Origin: Abditibacterium sp.
GTDB taxonomy: Bacteria > Armatimonadota > Abditibacteriia > Abditibacteriales > Abditibacteriaceae
Direction of reading: 5' to 3'
Assembly (NCBI GenBank): GCA_965246885.1
Contig: OZ251992.1
Location: 3,296,001 to 3,360,000 of the forward strand
Length of the DNA: 64,000 bases
A program made the translations under genes and the position numbers. Below the pieces are notes generated by a model. It searched no databases. It was not told the DNA's origin and worked only from the letters and a program-made list of their open reading frames with translations. This document shows, one piece after another, positions 29,430 to 38,989 of this stretch. The stretch's first letter is position 1. The number at the start of each line of letters is the position of its first letter.

Positions 29430-29663
29430 CTAACGTCGGCCCGATTTGGCGACGGGGGCGCCGTCTCCGGCGCGCTTTTGGTTGAACCGGTCAATGCGAC
29501 CGGCGGTGTCCACGACGCGCTTTTTGCCCGTGTAGAAAGGGTGGCAGTTCGAGCAGAGATCGAGTCGAACGTGGTCAACAGTGCCAAGCGCGCTCACGTC
29601 GGAAGCGCAGGACGAGCAGGTCATGCGCTCTTGCATGACATCAGGGTGAATTCCGGTTTTCAT
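29430..29663 (-). CDS. rpmE: 50S ribosomal protein L31 (Cys-containing type)
   Basis: MKTGIHP, CSSC..CSNCHPFYTG, DTAGRIDRF; SD GGAGG. Confidence 0.93.
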   Translation of the reverse strand: MKTGIHPDVMQERMTCSSCASDVSALGTVDHVRLDLCSNCHPFYTGKKRVVDTAGRIDRFNQKRAGDGAPVAKSGRR

Positions 29664-29819
29664 AGTTTTTCCTCCGCCGATACGAGCAACGCGAGCCGCG
29701 AGGCACCCGGCGAAAAACAGGGCGAGCCATTGGCCCGCCCTGCCTATGTTTAACAAAACGAACGGGGGAGCCTCTTCGTTCCGCCTTGCTCGCTGGCCGG
29801 TCGTCTCCATACTTCCCTC

Positions 29820-31340
29820 GTGTTTCGCCGCTTCGCCGCCTTGCCCGGCGCGCTGTTGACCGTCGCGGTCTTGGTGGCGCTCTGGGTGCCGTTGCTTGAC
29901 TTACACGGTTGTGCAATCGCGGCGTGGCTCCACGACTCGCGCCCCTTCCGCGACGTGTGGACGACCTTTGCGCCGCATTTATGGGAGCGGTCAGGACTGC
30001 TTGCCCTCGTTACGAGCTTCTTCGCGGCGCTTCTGGGGGTGCCCTGCGGCTGGCTGCTATCGCGCGGGCCACGCCGCTTGCGAACGCCCATGAGCATCGT
30101 GGCGGCTATGCCTTTGGGTTTGCCACCCGTGCTGCTCGCGGCGCCGTTTTTCTCGCTTACAGGACCAAGTCGCAACGCTCTGTGGGCGTGCGCGGGAGTT
30201 TTAGGGCTGTCGTTCTTTCCGGTCGTGGCGTTTTTGGTGGCGGCGGCCCTCAATGCCTTTCCGCCCGAAGAGGAAGAAGCCGCGCTCGGTTTCGCGTCGC
30301 CGTTTTGGGCGTGGGGGGGCGTGTTGGGGCGGCGGATGTGGCCCGTTGTGGGCGCGGCGTGCGGCGTTGTCGCGGCGCTTGCGCTATGGGAGATGGGCGC
30401 GCCCACGCTTTTGGGCTACTCGACTTTGTCGAGTGAAGTCTACCGCCAACTCGACACCGGTGGCGAGGGCAGCGCCCTGCCGGGATACCGCGCCGCGCTC
30501 GCCGGTTTGCCCCTGCCCTTGGCGGCCTTGGCCTTGCTGTGGCCCCTTGGCGCCGCGCGCTTTTCGTCCGGCACCGCGCGGCGCGGCGAAGGTTTCGCGC
30601 GTTTGCCCGCCTTGTCGTGGCTGGGGTTGGCCGTGTTAGGTGCCGCTCCCATCGGCATCTTGGCGCGCTTCATTTGGGCACTTGACGGCTGGAGCGCCTT
30701 GCGCACCACCCTTGCCGCCAACAGCGATGTGATCGCCAATACGATTCTCTTGGCAAGCGTCGCCTCCCTCGGCTGCACCTTCGGCGCGGCTGTTTTGTGC
30801 TGGACATGGCGCGACTGGCCCCGCATGCGCGCCGGGGTGTGGCTGCTCGGCGTGTTGCCGGGCGCGTTCGCGCCGGTCGTGATTGGAGTTGCCCTTGGCG
30901 AGTGGTTCAACCGCGACGCTTTCGCCTTCCTTTATGATTCGACCTACGGCATGGCGCTGTGGGGCGATTTCGCGCGCTTTTTTCCCGTCGCGCTCGCGCT
31001 AATGTTGCCCGTCGTGCTGTCTCTCGACGCCGAACTGTTATGGGCGGCGCGCGGCTTGGGCGCATCTTCCAGTCGCACCTTTTGGACAATCGCGCTTCCC
31101 TCCCTCCGTCCCGCCTTGGTCGGGGTGGCGGCGCTGTTGTGGGCGCTGTGCGCGGGCGAGTTAACTGTCGCGGTGCTGGTGCACGGGCCGGGGTCGGACA
31201 CCCTGCCCATCCCGATATTCAACTCGCTTCACGCGGGCATCGGCGCCGATGTCGCCGCGCTGTGCCTCGTGCTGGCGGCGCTGTGCGGCGGAGCGATGGC
31301 GGTTGCCTCCGTGTTTGGCCGCACCGGCAAACGGCGGTAA
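29820..31340 (+). CDS. ABC transporter permease, duplicated TMD (FbpB/ThiP-like)
   Basis: Two permease halves with EAA-like loops (EEEAALGF, WAARGLGAS). Confidence 0.8.
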   Translation: MFRRFAALPGALLTVAVLVALWVPLLDLHGCAIAAWLHDSRPFRDVWTTFAPHLWERSGLLALVTSFFAALLGVPCGWLLSRGPRRLRTPMSIVAAMPLGLPPVLLAAPFFSLTGPSRNALWACAGVLGLSFFPVVAFLVAAALNAFPPEEEEAALGFASPFWAWGGVLGRRMWPVVGAACGVVAALALWEMGAPTLLGYSTLSSEVYRQLDTGGEGSALPGYRAALAGLPLPLAALALLWPLGAARFSSGTARRGEGFARLPALSWLGLAVLGAAPIGILARFIWALDGWSALRTTLAANSDVIANTILLASVASLGCTFGAAVLCWTWRDWPRMRAGVWLLGVLPGAFAPVVIGVALGEWFNRDAFAFLYDSTYGMALWGDFARFFPVALALMLPVVLSLDAELLWAARGLGASSSRTFWTIALPSLRPALVGVAALLWALCAGELTVAVLVHGPGSDTLPIPIFNSLHAGIGADVAALCLVLAALCGGAMAVASVFGRTGKRR

Positions 31341-31409
31341 GCAAACTTCCAAGGCGCCCGAAACGCCGCCGAAACCGCCGCCTGCTAAACCCTCGCGCAG
31401 CCCTTGCCC

Positions 31410-32123
31410 ATGCGACGCGCGTTTACCCTTGTAGAAGTTTTGGTCGTCATCGCGGTCATTGCCATTCTCGCGGGCCTCTTGTTTCCGTCCTTTGCCCGCG
31501 CGCGCGAACAAGCGCGCAAGAGTTCGTGCATCAGCAACCTGCACCAACTGGGCATCGGCATCGCCATGTATCGGAGCGACTACGACGGCATCAATCCCCG
31601 CCACCGCTCCTGCCCCGACAAACCGTCGGATACGACCTGTTACAGCAGTTCCCCGACCATTCCCACCGGCCCCAACGAAACGTGGTGGGCGCCCTACGAC
31701 AACACCAAACCTTCCGAACCCGCCCTGCCCGATTCGGCCTATAACACCCCCGCCAAGCAAGGGTTTGTCATGCCTTACGTGAAGAGCCTGCAAATTTTCC
31801 ATTGCCCCTCCTACCCGCAGGGACAGGTCGGCTACGCGATGGGCTACGCCGACATCGGGCCAATGGGTAAGAACGAGGCGATGGTCGTCAACCCCGGCGC
31901 GCTCCAAGTGTGGGATCACGCCAAAACGCCCGGTTGCGCCGATACCGGCGCGAGCCATACCCTCGGCACGCCTTGGCCCTTCTTTCCGGTCGACGCCGAC
32001 ACCGCGCACACTCATTATCCCTTTCGCCACTCGGATGGCTTTGTCGGTTTGCGCGTGGACGGCGCCGTGAAGTTTCGCAAGCCAACCAGTCTCACGAGCG
32101 CCGATTTCAACGCCCTCTCTTAG
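31410..32123 (+). CDS. prepilin-type N-methyl / DUF1559-like protein with H-X9-DG motif
   Basis: [49 protein letters not shown]. Confidence 0.88.
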   Translation: MRRAFTLVEVLVVIAVIAILAGLLFPSFARAREQARKSSCISNLHQLGIGIAMYRSDYDGINPRHRSCPDKPSDTTCYSSSPTIPTGPNETWWAPYDNTKPSEPALPDSAYNTPAKQGFVMPYVKSLQIFHCPSYPQGQVGYAMGYADIGPMGKNEAMVVNPGALQVWDHAKTPGCADTGASHTLGTPWPFFPVDADTAHTHYPFRHSDGFVGLRVDGAVKFRKPTSLTSADFNALS

Positions 32124-32980
32124 GGCGTCTTCCCCTCGCGCGCCGTTTCCATCAACTGCACGAGCGAGATAAAGTCCTCCTCGCCCAACCCCTGCGCCAA
32201 GCCCTGCTGATACACCCCTCGCACGGCGGCGGTCTGGGGCAGTTCGAGGTGGCTCGCGCTCGCAGTTTCGAGCGCCAAGCGCAGGTCTTTCTCCAGATGC
32301 TTGACGGAGAACTGCGGCGCGAAGTCGCGCGCCAGCAGTTTGGGTTCCTTCATGTCCGACACGCCCGACCGCGCCACGTTATGGTACAGCACCTCAAAGA
32401 ACGTTTGGTCGGGGATGCCGTTCGCGCGGCACAGGCTCAGCCCCTCGCCCAAAGCGCCCGCAATCGCGGCGATTTGCAGGTTCATCGCCAACTTGAGCGT
32501 CGAGGCCGTGCCCAAAGCGCCGATGTGAAAAATTTCCTTCGAGAGCGGCGCGAGGACAGGCCGCGCGGCTTCGAGCGTTTCGCGCTCGCCACCGATATAG
32601 AACACCGTCTGCCGCGCTTGCGCGGCGGGTTTCGAGCCGGTAAAGGGCGCTTCCAAAAAGCGCGCGCCCGTCTTCTCGACCCGCGCGGCGAACTCAAGTG
32701 TCCAGCGCGCCGAAATCGTCGAGCTTTGCACCACTATCTGCCCCGCGCGAAGCGATGGCTCAATTTGCCCCAGCACTTCCTCGACTGCTTTCGGGTCGGC
32801 CACGACCAGAATGATTACATCCGCGCCCTCGACGGCCTTAGCCGCGTCCGCCTCGAAGCCCGGAAAGTCCGCTTGCGCCGTCCGATTCCACGCGCGAAGC
32901 GGGAAGCCATCCGCCGCCAAGTTGCGCGCCCATGCGCTTCCGATTATCCCCAACCCCAAGACCGCCACTGTGTGTTGCAT
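32120..32980 (-). CDS. NAD(P)-dependent beta-hydroxyacid dehydrogenase (MmsB/GarR family)
   Basis: [30 protein letters not shown]. Confidence 0.88.
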   Translation of the reverse strand: MQHTVAVLGLGIIGSAWARNLAADGFPLRAWNRTAQADFPGFEADAAKAVEGADVIILVVADPKAVEEVLGQIEPSLRAGQIVVQSSTISARWTLEFAARVEKTGARFLEAPFTGSKPAAQARQTVFYIGGERETLEAARPVLAPLSKEIFHIGALGTASTLKLAMNLQIAAIAGALGEGLSLCRANGIPDQTFFEVLYHNVARSGVSDMKEPKLLARDFAPQFSVKHLEKDLRLALETASASHLELPQTAAVRGVYQQGLAQGLGEEDFISLVQLMETAREGKTP

Positions 32981-33088
32981 CAAAGCCAGTATCCTCGCCC
33001 CACCCGTCGCGGGAACGGTGCCGAAACCGTCCGGCGACTCGCCCACCGGGTTAGGCCACCGAAAGAATTAAGCGCGGGAATCGGCGAC

Positions 33089-33214
33089 ACGCGTAATTCT
33101 TCCATCCGCGCAGCTAATTCTTCCGTCGGCGCAGCTAATTCTTCCATCCGCGCGCTTAATTGTTTCATCGGCGCAGCTCATTCTTCCGTCGGCGCGACCC
33201 GTTCTTCCATCCGC
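33089..33214. repeat. six tandem 21-nt repeats (consensus GCAGCTAATTCTTCCRTCSGC)
   Basis: Units start at 33089, 33110, 33131, 33152, 33173 and 33194; a partial inverted copy lies near 33059-33075. Confidence 0.9.
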
Positions 33215-33239
33215 GCGCATGGGCGGAGCGGTGGCGCGC

Positions 33240-34436
33240 CTAATTTTGTGCGTCGGCGGGTTCGGTGACGATAAGGATGTCAACGGTGCGCAGTTCACCC
33301 GCGAGGCGCCCGATGATGTCGCCTTTCCAGAGTTTGCGCCAAAAGGTGCGGCTGGAATGTCCGATGACCAGTTGGGTAATCTCGTTGTCGCGGGCGTAGC
33401 GGATGACCTCGCTCGCCACGTCACCGTGCAAGGTGATGATGGGGATGTCCAGCTTTTCGGCGAGGGCGAAGTCGCGCTCCAACACCAACTTCTCCTCTTG
33501 GCACAGCACATGGTCGGCGACATACACCGCGCGCAAATCGCCTTGCAAACGCTGGGCGATGCGCCATCCGCGCCGCAAAAGCCGCAAGCTCGAAGTGGTG
33601 GGCGACAAGCACACCATGATGCGGTCGCCGGTGTTCCAATGCGTTTCAATGCCCTTGTCACGGCGATAGCTGGACACGTCGTCGTCCACTTCGCGGGCGA
33701 CTTCACGGAGCGCGATTTCCCGCAACGCCGACAGATTGCCCTCGCGGAAGAAATTGCTGAGCGCCGATTCCACCTTGTCGGGGTGGTAGATATCGCCGCG
33801 CTTGAGGCGGTTGACAAGGGCGCGCGGCGTGATGTCCACAATCGTAACTTCGTGCGCTTCGCGCAAAACCCGGTCGGGCACGGTTTCGCGCACGCGCACG
33901 CCAGTGATGTCGAATACGGCATCGCTCAGGCTTTCCAAGTGCTGCACGTTGAGCGCGGAAAGCACGGTGATGCCCGCGTCGAGCAGAACTTCCACGTCCT
34001 GCCAGCGTTTCTCCCTCGCGCTACCGGGGACGTTGGTGTGAGGCAGTTCGTCCACAAGACAAATTTGCGGGCGGCGCCGCAAGACGGCGTCGGTATCCAT
34101 TTCTTCGAGGGTGACGCCGCGATATTCGATGCGCGCGCGGGGGATGACTTCCAAATCGCCCAACTGCGCGACTGTGCCCGCGCGACCGTGCGTTTCGATG
34201 AAGCCAATCACGACATCTTGCCCGCGCGCGCGGCGGCGGTTGGCTTCTTCGAGCATCTTATACGATTTCCCCACGCCCGCCGCGAAGCCCAGATATATCT
34301 TGAGCCGTCCGCGCCCCGTCGCGTTGGGCGATGGCGCGGCGTCCTCGTCCAAAGCGTCATGGTCGAGGGCGGCAGGCGCAGCGATGCCCGCTTCTTGATT
34401 GGCGATTTGGAGCCACTCTTCGGGCGATTTGGGCAT
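33240..34436 (-). CDS. soluble KdpD N-terminal sensor domain + USP domain (no TM or kinase)
   Basis: RLKIYLGFAAGVGKSYKML, ETHGR, LVDELPHTN, KRWQDV, NVQHLESL; C-terminal USP (IMVCLSP, LVIGHS). Confidence 0.9.
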   Translation of the reverse strand: MPKSPEEWLQIANQEAGIAAPAALDHDALDEDAAPSPNATGRGRLKIYLGFAAGVGKSYKMLEEANRRRARGQDVVIGFIETHGRAGTVAQLGDLEVIPRARIEYRGVTLEEMDTDAVLRRRPQICLVDELPHTNVPGSAREKRWQDVEVLLDAGITVLSALNVQHLESLSDAVFDITGVRVRETVPDRVLREAHEVTIVDITPRALVNRLKRGDIYHPDKVESALSNFFREGNLSALREIALREVAREVDDDVSSYRRDKGIETHWNTGDRIMVCLSPTTSSLRLLRRGWRIAQRLQGDLRAVYVADHVLCQEEKLVLERDFALAEKLDIPIITLHGDVASEVIRYARDNEITQLVIGHSSRTFWRKLWKGDIIGRLAGELRTVDILIVTEPADAQN

Positions 34437-34439
34437 GGG

Positions 34440-35174
34440 TCAGGCGCCTCCAAGGGCATCCATCCAACGCCGCAAACTGGGGGTGAGTTCCTCCAAAACG
34501 AGGCGGCCACGAAGCGGCGGCGCGCTGTTTTGCCACAGGAAATTGGCGAGGGCTTCCTCGCCCAGCCACAGCCAAAAGCGGTCGTTCTGGTTCCACCCGT
34601 CGCGGTCGGCGTGCGCTTTGACAAGCGCCACGAACACGGGCGAGAACACCACTTCGCACTCGACGAGAGCTTCTTCGGGCGTCTCGATTTGAAAGCGGTG
34701 CGCGAAGCCTCCCGGCGTCTCGTGCGGGGCCGTTTCTTCCACGCCCAGCCGGAAGCCGTTGACGGTCGCGCCGTCCATGATGCCCCCGCTTTCGGGCACG
34801 ATGGGGGGCGCATCATGGGCAAGGGCCGCCGCGACCGCGCCGCGCAAAACCTCAGTCGTGAAGGGCTTGCGCAGGAAGTTGGTCGCCCCGGCGCGTCCGG
34901 CGGCGAGGGCGAGATCTACCGTCCCGAACGCCGTCGCCATGATCACTTTGACGCCCGGTTGCCGCTCTTTGAGGGCGCGCAAAACCTCAATGCCTTCCAT
35001 CTGCGGCATGCGCTGGTCGAGCAGAACCAAGTCGAAGGCGCTCCCGTCGCCGAACTTTTCCAAGGCTTCCGGCCCATCGGCGGCAGTCTGCGCGCGGTGC
35101 CCATCGGCTTGCAAGGCCAGCCGGAGCATAAGCCGGATATTGCTTTCGTCGTCCACGACTAAGATGTTCGCCAT
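34440..35174 (-). CDS. response regulator: receiver + unknown ~120-aa output domain
   Basis: ILVVDDE, LLDQRMP, MATAF, LRKP; the C-terminus lacks a recognisable wHTH or AAA+ domain. Confidence 0.85.
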   Translation of the reverse strand: MANILVVDDESNIRLMLRLALQADGHRAQTAADGPEALEKFGDGSAFDLVLLDQRMPQMEGIEVLRALKERQPGVKVIMATAFGTVDLALAAGRAGATNFLRKPFTTEVLRGAVAAALAHDAPPIVPESGGIMDGATVNGFRLGVEETAPHETPGGFAHRFQIETPEEALVECEVVFSPVFVALVKAHADRDGWNQNDRFWLWLGEEALANFLWQNSAPPLRGRLVLEELTPSLRRWMDALGGA

Positions 35175-35186
35175 AATTGTTTGTCC

Positions 35187-37022
35187 TCACCCCTGCGCTT
35201 CCAACTCGAACTCGAACTCGCTGCCGTTACCCACCTCGCTTTGGACGCGGATTTCGCCGCCGTGCGCGTTCACCAGAGTTTGCGAGATGGGCAAGCCCAA
35301 CCCCGCACCGCCGCGCGTGGCGCCGGGGACTTGCGCGAAGCGCTCGAAGATGCGCCCCAAAAACTCGGCGGGGATGCCGTCGCCGGAGTCGCGGATGGTG
35401 AAAGCGACTTTGGGCGACTCTTTAGCCTCGCGCGCGCCTGCCTCGATGGCGACCTCGCCGCCTGCGGGCGTGTGGCGGATGGCGTTGTTCAGTAAGTTGA
35501 GCAGGACGCGCTCGATTTGGGCGCGGTCGGCGCGCACGAGGGGTAAGTCGGCGCGGGCGAAGGTTTGCAAGCGCACGCCCTTGTCGCGCGCCGTTGCCGC
35601 GACGCCCGCGACGGCACTTTCAAGCAGTTCGCGCGGCGAGACCCACTCGAAGCGGGGCGGCGTGGCGCCCGCTTCGAGTTTGGTGATGTCGAGCAGGTCG
35701 CGCAGGAGGGCGTCGAGCCGCGCCAAGTCGGTGCGCTGGGCATGCACAATGTCGCGCTGGTCGCCGTTGAGCGGCCCGACGGCGCCTTGTTCGAGCAGTT
35801 GGGCCGAGAGTAAGAGGCTCGTGACGGGGGTGCGCAGTTCGTGCGATGCGACGCCGATGAACTCGGTCTTGAGGCGGTCGAGCGCTTGCAAGTGCGTCAC
35901 GTCTTCGAGCACTAAAACGGCGCCGAGGACAGTGTCGTCGTCGCGCATGGGAGTGGCGCGCACCCGGTAGACGCGCTGGGCGTCGCCGCTTTGGATGGAG
36001 ATAAGCCCTCCAGCGCCTTCGTCGGCAGCGACGGCGCCCGATGTGATGGCGCCTTCTAAGGCCGCGACGATCTTCGGCTCGTCCAACGCGCGCGCGAGCG
36101 GCAAGCCCGCCAACTTGGACGCGGGGCCGAATAACCCCTGCGCGGCGCGGTTGAGATGCACGAGGGTGCGCGTCGCGTCAGCGACAATGACGGGATCAAA
36201 AAGGCTTTCGAGGGCCGCGTCGGACATCTTCTGGGCGCGCTGGAGGCGCGTCTCTTGGCCCTGCTTGGCAACACGCAGCTTGCCGGTCATGTCGTTGAAG
36301 GCGCGGGCGAGCAGGCCGATTTCGTCGTCGCGGCGCAGTTCGATGGAGCGGTTGAGATGCCCCGCGCCGATTTGTTCGGCTTCTTGAACAAGCGCGAGGA
36401 GCGGCGTAAGGGCGGCGTTGACGGCGCGGCGGGCGAACCAGATGGCCAACCCCAGCGCCGCAAGGGTCAGGGCAATACCGATGAGGGCGCCTTGGCTGGC
36501 GTCGCGCTTGGCGCGTTCGTCGGCGCGCACGATGGCGGCTTGGTTGATGTCCAATATCTGCTGCGCCTCGGCCTTGATGCGGCGGAAGTGCGGCTCCAAC
36601 TCGGCAAAGTAAAAGCGCGCGCCCTCGGCGGTGGAGTATTTTCCCCCAAGCAGAACCGCGACTTTGGCTTTATAGGCGGCGTAATCACCGGCGAGGCCGT
36701 CGGCGGTGGCTTGTTCGCCGCGCTCGGTGATGTTGGCGCGCTCGCTGCCAAGGGCGTGGTCAAAGATGGGGGTGTTGGCGGCGAACTGAGTGCGCGCTTT
36801 GGTGCTTTGCCCCGCGAGGAAGAAAGTGGCGGCAGAGTCTTGGCGTTCGAGCGACTCTTTCATGGTCTGCGCGGCAACGACCGACGCGTAGTTGTCCTTC
36901 AAGATGCGGTCAATGGAGCCGCCCAGCCGCAAGAAGTTGGCGACCGCGCCCAACATGACGACCGCCATCAGCGCCACAAGCGCGAGGTGAGATGCGAAGA
37001 GTTGGGTGCGTAGGCTTTTCAT
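35187..37022 (-). CDS. membrane sensor histidine kinase (4-helix sensor, HAMP, PAS, HisKA, HATPase)
   Basis: ASHELRTP, NLLNNAIRH, DSGDG, GAGLGL; ATGA overlap with the upstream permease. Confidence 0.92.
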   Translation of the reverse strand: MKSLRTQLFASHLALVALMAVVMLGAVANFLRLGGSIDRILKDNYASVVAAQTMKESLERQDSAATFFLAGQSTKARTQFAANTPIFDHALGSERANITERGEQATADGLAGDYAAYKAKVAVLLGGKYSTAEGARFYFAELEPHFRRIKAEAQQILDINQAAIVRADERAKRDASQGALIGIALTLAALGLAIWFARRAVNAALTPLLALVQEAEQIGAGHLNRSIELRRDDEIGLLARAFNDMTGKLRVAKQGQETRLQRAQKMSDAALESLFDPVIVADATRTLVHLNRAAQGLFGPASKLAGLPLARALDEPKIVAALEGAITSGAVAADEGAGGLISIQSGDAQRVYRVRATPMRDDDTVLGAVLVLEDVTHLQALDRLKTEFIGVASHELRTPVTSLLLSAQLLEQGAVGPLNGDQRDIVHAQRTDLARLDALLRDLLDITKLEAGATPPRFEWVSPRELLESAVAGVAATARDKGVRLQTFARADLPLVRADRAQIERVLLNLLNNAIRHTPAGGEVAIEAGAREAKESPKVAFTIRDSGDGIPAEFLGRIFERFAQVPGATRGGAGLGLPISQTLVNAHGGEIRVQSEVGNGSEFEFELEAQG

Positions 37023-38950
37023 GATGACGTTGGCGACGTGAGAGCGCGCTCCTCTTCCCGGTCGAGCCACGCGTCGAAGTGATACGGCACGTTCACCGCG
37101 ACAACTCCGGGCTTTGAGCGCAGCTTCCACAAGAGCATGAGCGCAGTTTGGCCATGTAGCGCGCGCGCCCACCACGCCGTTGCGATGGCTTCGGGAATGA
37201 CCAGCGTCACCAAGCAACCGGGGTCGTTCGCTTGCAACTCGTCTATCAACCGCAAGACGGGCGCCGCAAGCGCGCGGTAGGGCGATGGCAGGAACTGAAG
37301 TGGCACGCCGCGCCCGTACAAAGTCCACTTCTCGCGCAGGCGCGCTTCTTTTTGCGGGTCGATGGACACATGGATAGCACGCGCATCGGGCGATATGGAG
37401 CGCGCGTATTGCAAGGCGGGAATGACGCCGCGATGCAGGTCGGGCACGAGGACAAGGACGTGGTGCCGCGCGCCTTGGCGCGGGCGGTAGCCCTCCAGCG
37501 ACAGTTGCCGCGCCGCGCCGTCGTAGTAGTGGCGAATCAGGCCAAACAAGAACACGAGCGCGGGCGTGAGGAAAAGGATCATCCACGCGCCGTCGCGGCA
37601 CTTCACGCACGCGAAGACGACCGTTACAACTGCCGTTGCCAAGGAACCAACGGCGTTGACCGTGAGCCGCCCTTGCCAGCCGCGCCCGCGCTCTGCCAAC
37701 CAGTGCTTCACCATACCCGCTTGCGACAGGGTAAACGACAGGAACACGCCGATGGCGAACAAAGGGATGAGCGCATGGACACTGCCGCCAAAGCCAACGA
37801 CCAGCATACTCGCCGCGACTGCCAAAGCGATGATGCCCCGGTCGAAGACGAGCTTATCGCCCACGTTGGCGAGTTGGCGCGGCAGTAGCCCGTCGCGCGC
37901 CATAAGCGAGCACAAGCGCGGAAAGTCGGCGAACGAGGTGTTGCACGACAGCACGAGGATGGCGCAGGTTGCTATCTGGAGCGCCAGATAAAGCGGGCCG
38001 GTGCCAAACACCACGCGCCCCAACTGCGAAAGAACAGTCTCGCTGTAACCCCGCGCGTTGGGCGGAATGGCACCCGCGTGTGCGGCCAGAACGGACACGC
38101 CGATGAACAGACCGCCCAAAAGCACGCCCATCCAGATCATCGTCTTGCCCGCGTTAACTGGAGCGGGGTCGCGGAACGCTTGGACGCCGTTGGAAATGGC
38201 CTCGACGCCCGTCAAGGCGGTGCAACCACTGGAAAAGGCGTGCAATATCAAGAACAGAACGCCGAGCGACTCCAGCTTGGGGAGTTCTCCCTTTTCGCCC
38301 GCCACGCGCGCCGCGAGCAAGTCGGAGGGGGAATGTACCGGGTGCCAGTGCCCAGTCGCCATGAGCGCTAACCCCCATACGATAAGCAGCGCGGTGATGC
38401 CGACGAACCCATAAACCGGAACCGCGAAGAAGACGCCACTTTCTTTGGCGCCGCGCAGGTTCACAAGCGCGATGAACGCCAGAAACCCGACGGCAAGCGG
38501 GACGGTGAAGCGCTCCGCTTGAATCCCGTAGTTCCCCATGAGGGAAACAATCGCCGCCACACCCGCCGACGCGCACACTGCCGCGTTCAAAACGTAATCC
38601 AACAAAAGCGCCGCGCCCGCCGTGCGTCCGGCCTTCGGGCCAAGGTTATCGCCCGCGACGGTGTAAGCGCCGCCGCCTCCCGGATAAGCGCCCAAAGTTT
38701 GGCGATACGACACCACCACAATCGCCAACAACAGCGCCACCGCCCCCGCCAGCCAAGGCGTCCAGCCGAAGTAAGGGACGGCGCCTGCGAGGAGAAGCGC
38801 AGCCATCATTTCTTCGGTCGCAAACGCCACGCTGGACAGGGCATCGGACGCGAAGACGGGGAGCGCGATGAGGTTGGACAGCTTCTGGTGGTGCGCGTCC
38901 GAGGTTTGCAAAGGGTCGCCGATGAGCAGGCGGCGCAAGGAAAAGGTCAT
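37019..38950 (-). CDS. APC family permease, KimA (YdaO)-like
   Basis: ASDALSSVAF, YPGGGGAYTV, LLLDYVL, ALTGVEAISNGV, C-terminal cytoplasmic domain. Confidence 0.88.
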   Translation of the reverse strand: MTFSLRRLLIGDPLQTSDAHHQKLSNLIALPVFASDALSSVAFATEEMMAALLLAGAVPYFGWTPWLAGAVALLLAIVVVSYRQTLGAYPGGGGAYTVAGDNLGPKAGRTAGAALLLDYVLNAAVCASAGVAAIVSLMGNYGIQAERFTVPLAVGFLAFIALVNLRGAKESGVFFAVPVYGFVGITALLIVWGLALMATGHWHPVHSPSDLLAARVAGEKGELPKLESLGVLFLILHAFSSGCTALTGVEAISNGVQAFRDPAPVNAGKTMIWMGVLLGGLFIGVSVLAAHAGAIPPNARGYSETVLSQLGRVVFGTGPLYLALQIATCAILVLSCNTSFADFPRLCSLMARDGLLPRQLANVGDKLVFDRGIIALAVAASMLVVGFGGSVHALIPLFAIGVFLSFTLSQAGMVKHWLAERGRGWQGRLTVNAVGSLATAVVTVVFACVKCRDGAWMILFLTPALVFLFGLIRHYYDGAARQLSLEGYRPRQGARHHVLVLVPDLHRGVIPALQYARSISPDARAIHVSIDPQKEARLREKWTLYGRGVPLQFLPSPYRALAAPVLRLIDELQANDPGCLVTLVIPEAIATAWWARALHGQTALMLLWKLRSKPGVVAVNVPYHFDAWLDREEERALTSPTSS

Positions 38951-38989
38951 GAGAGTTGGGCAATGGGAGTTGTAGGGTTGTCAGGATAT

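Noticed and set aside
32980..33168. 62-aa heptad ORF (MEELAAP/TEELAAR) across the repeat array
   Set aside because: A by-product of the 21-nt period; no evidence of translation.
33089..33214. Possible CRISPR array (also 53.9 kb and 60.9 kb)
   Set aside because: Units are contiguous degenerate 21-mers with no unique spacers, and no cas genes are present.
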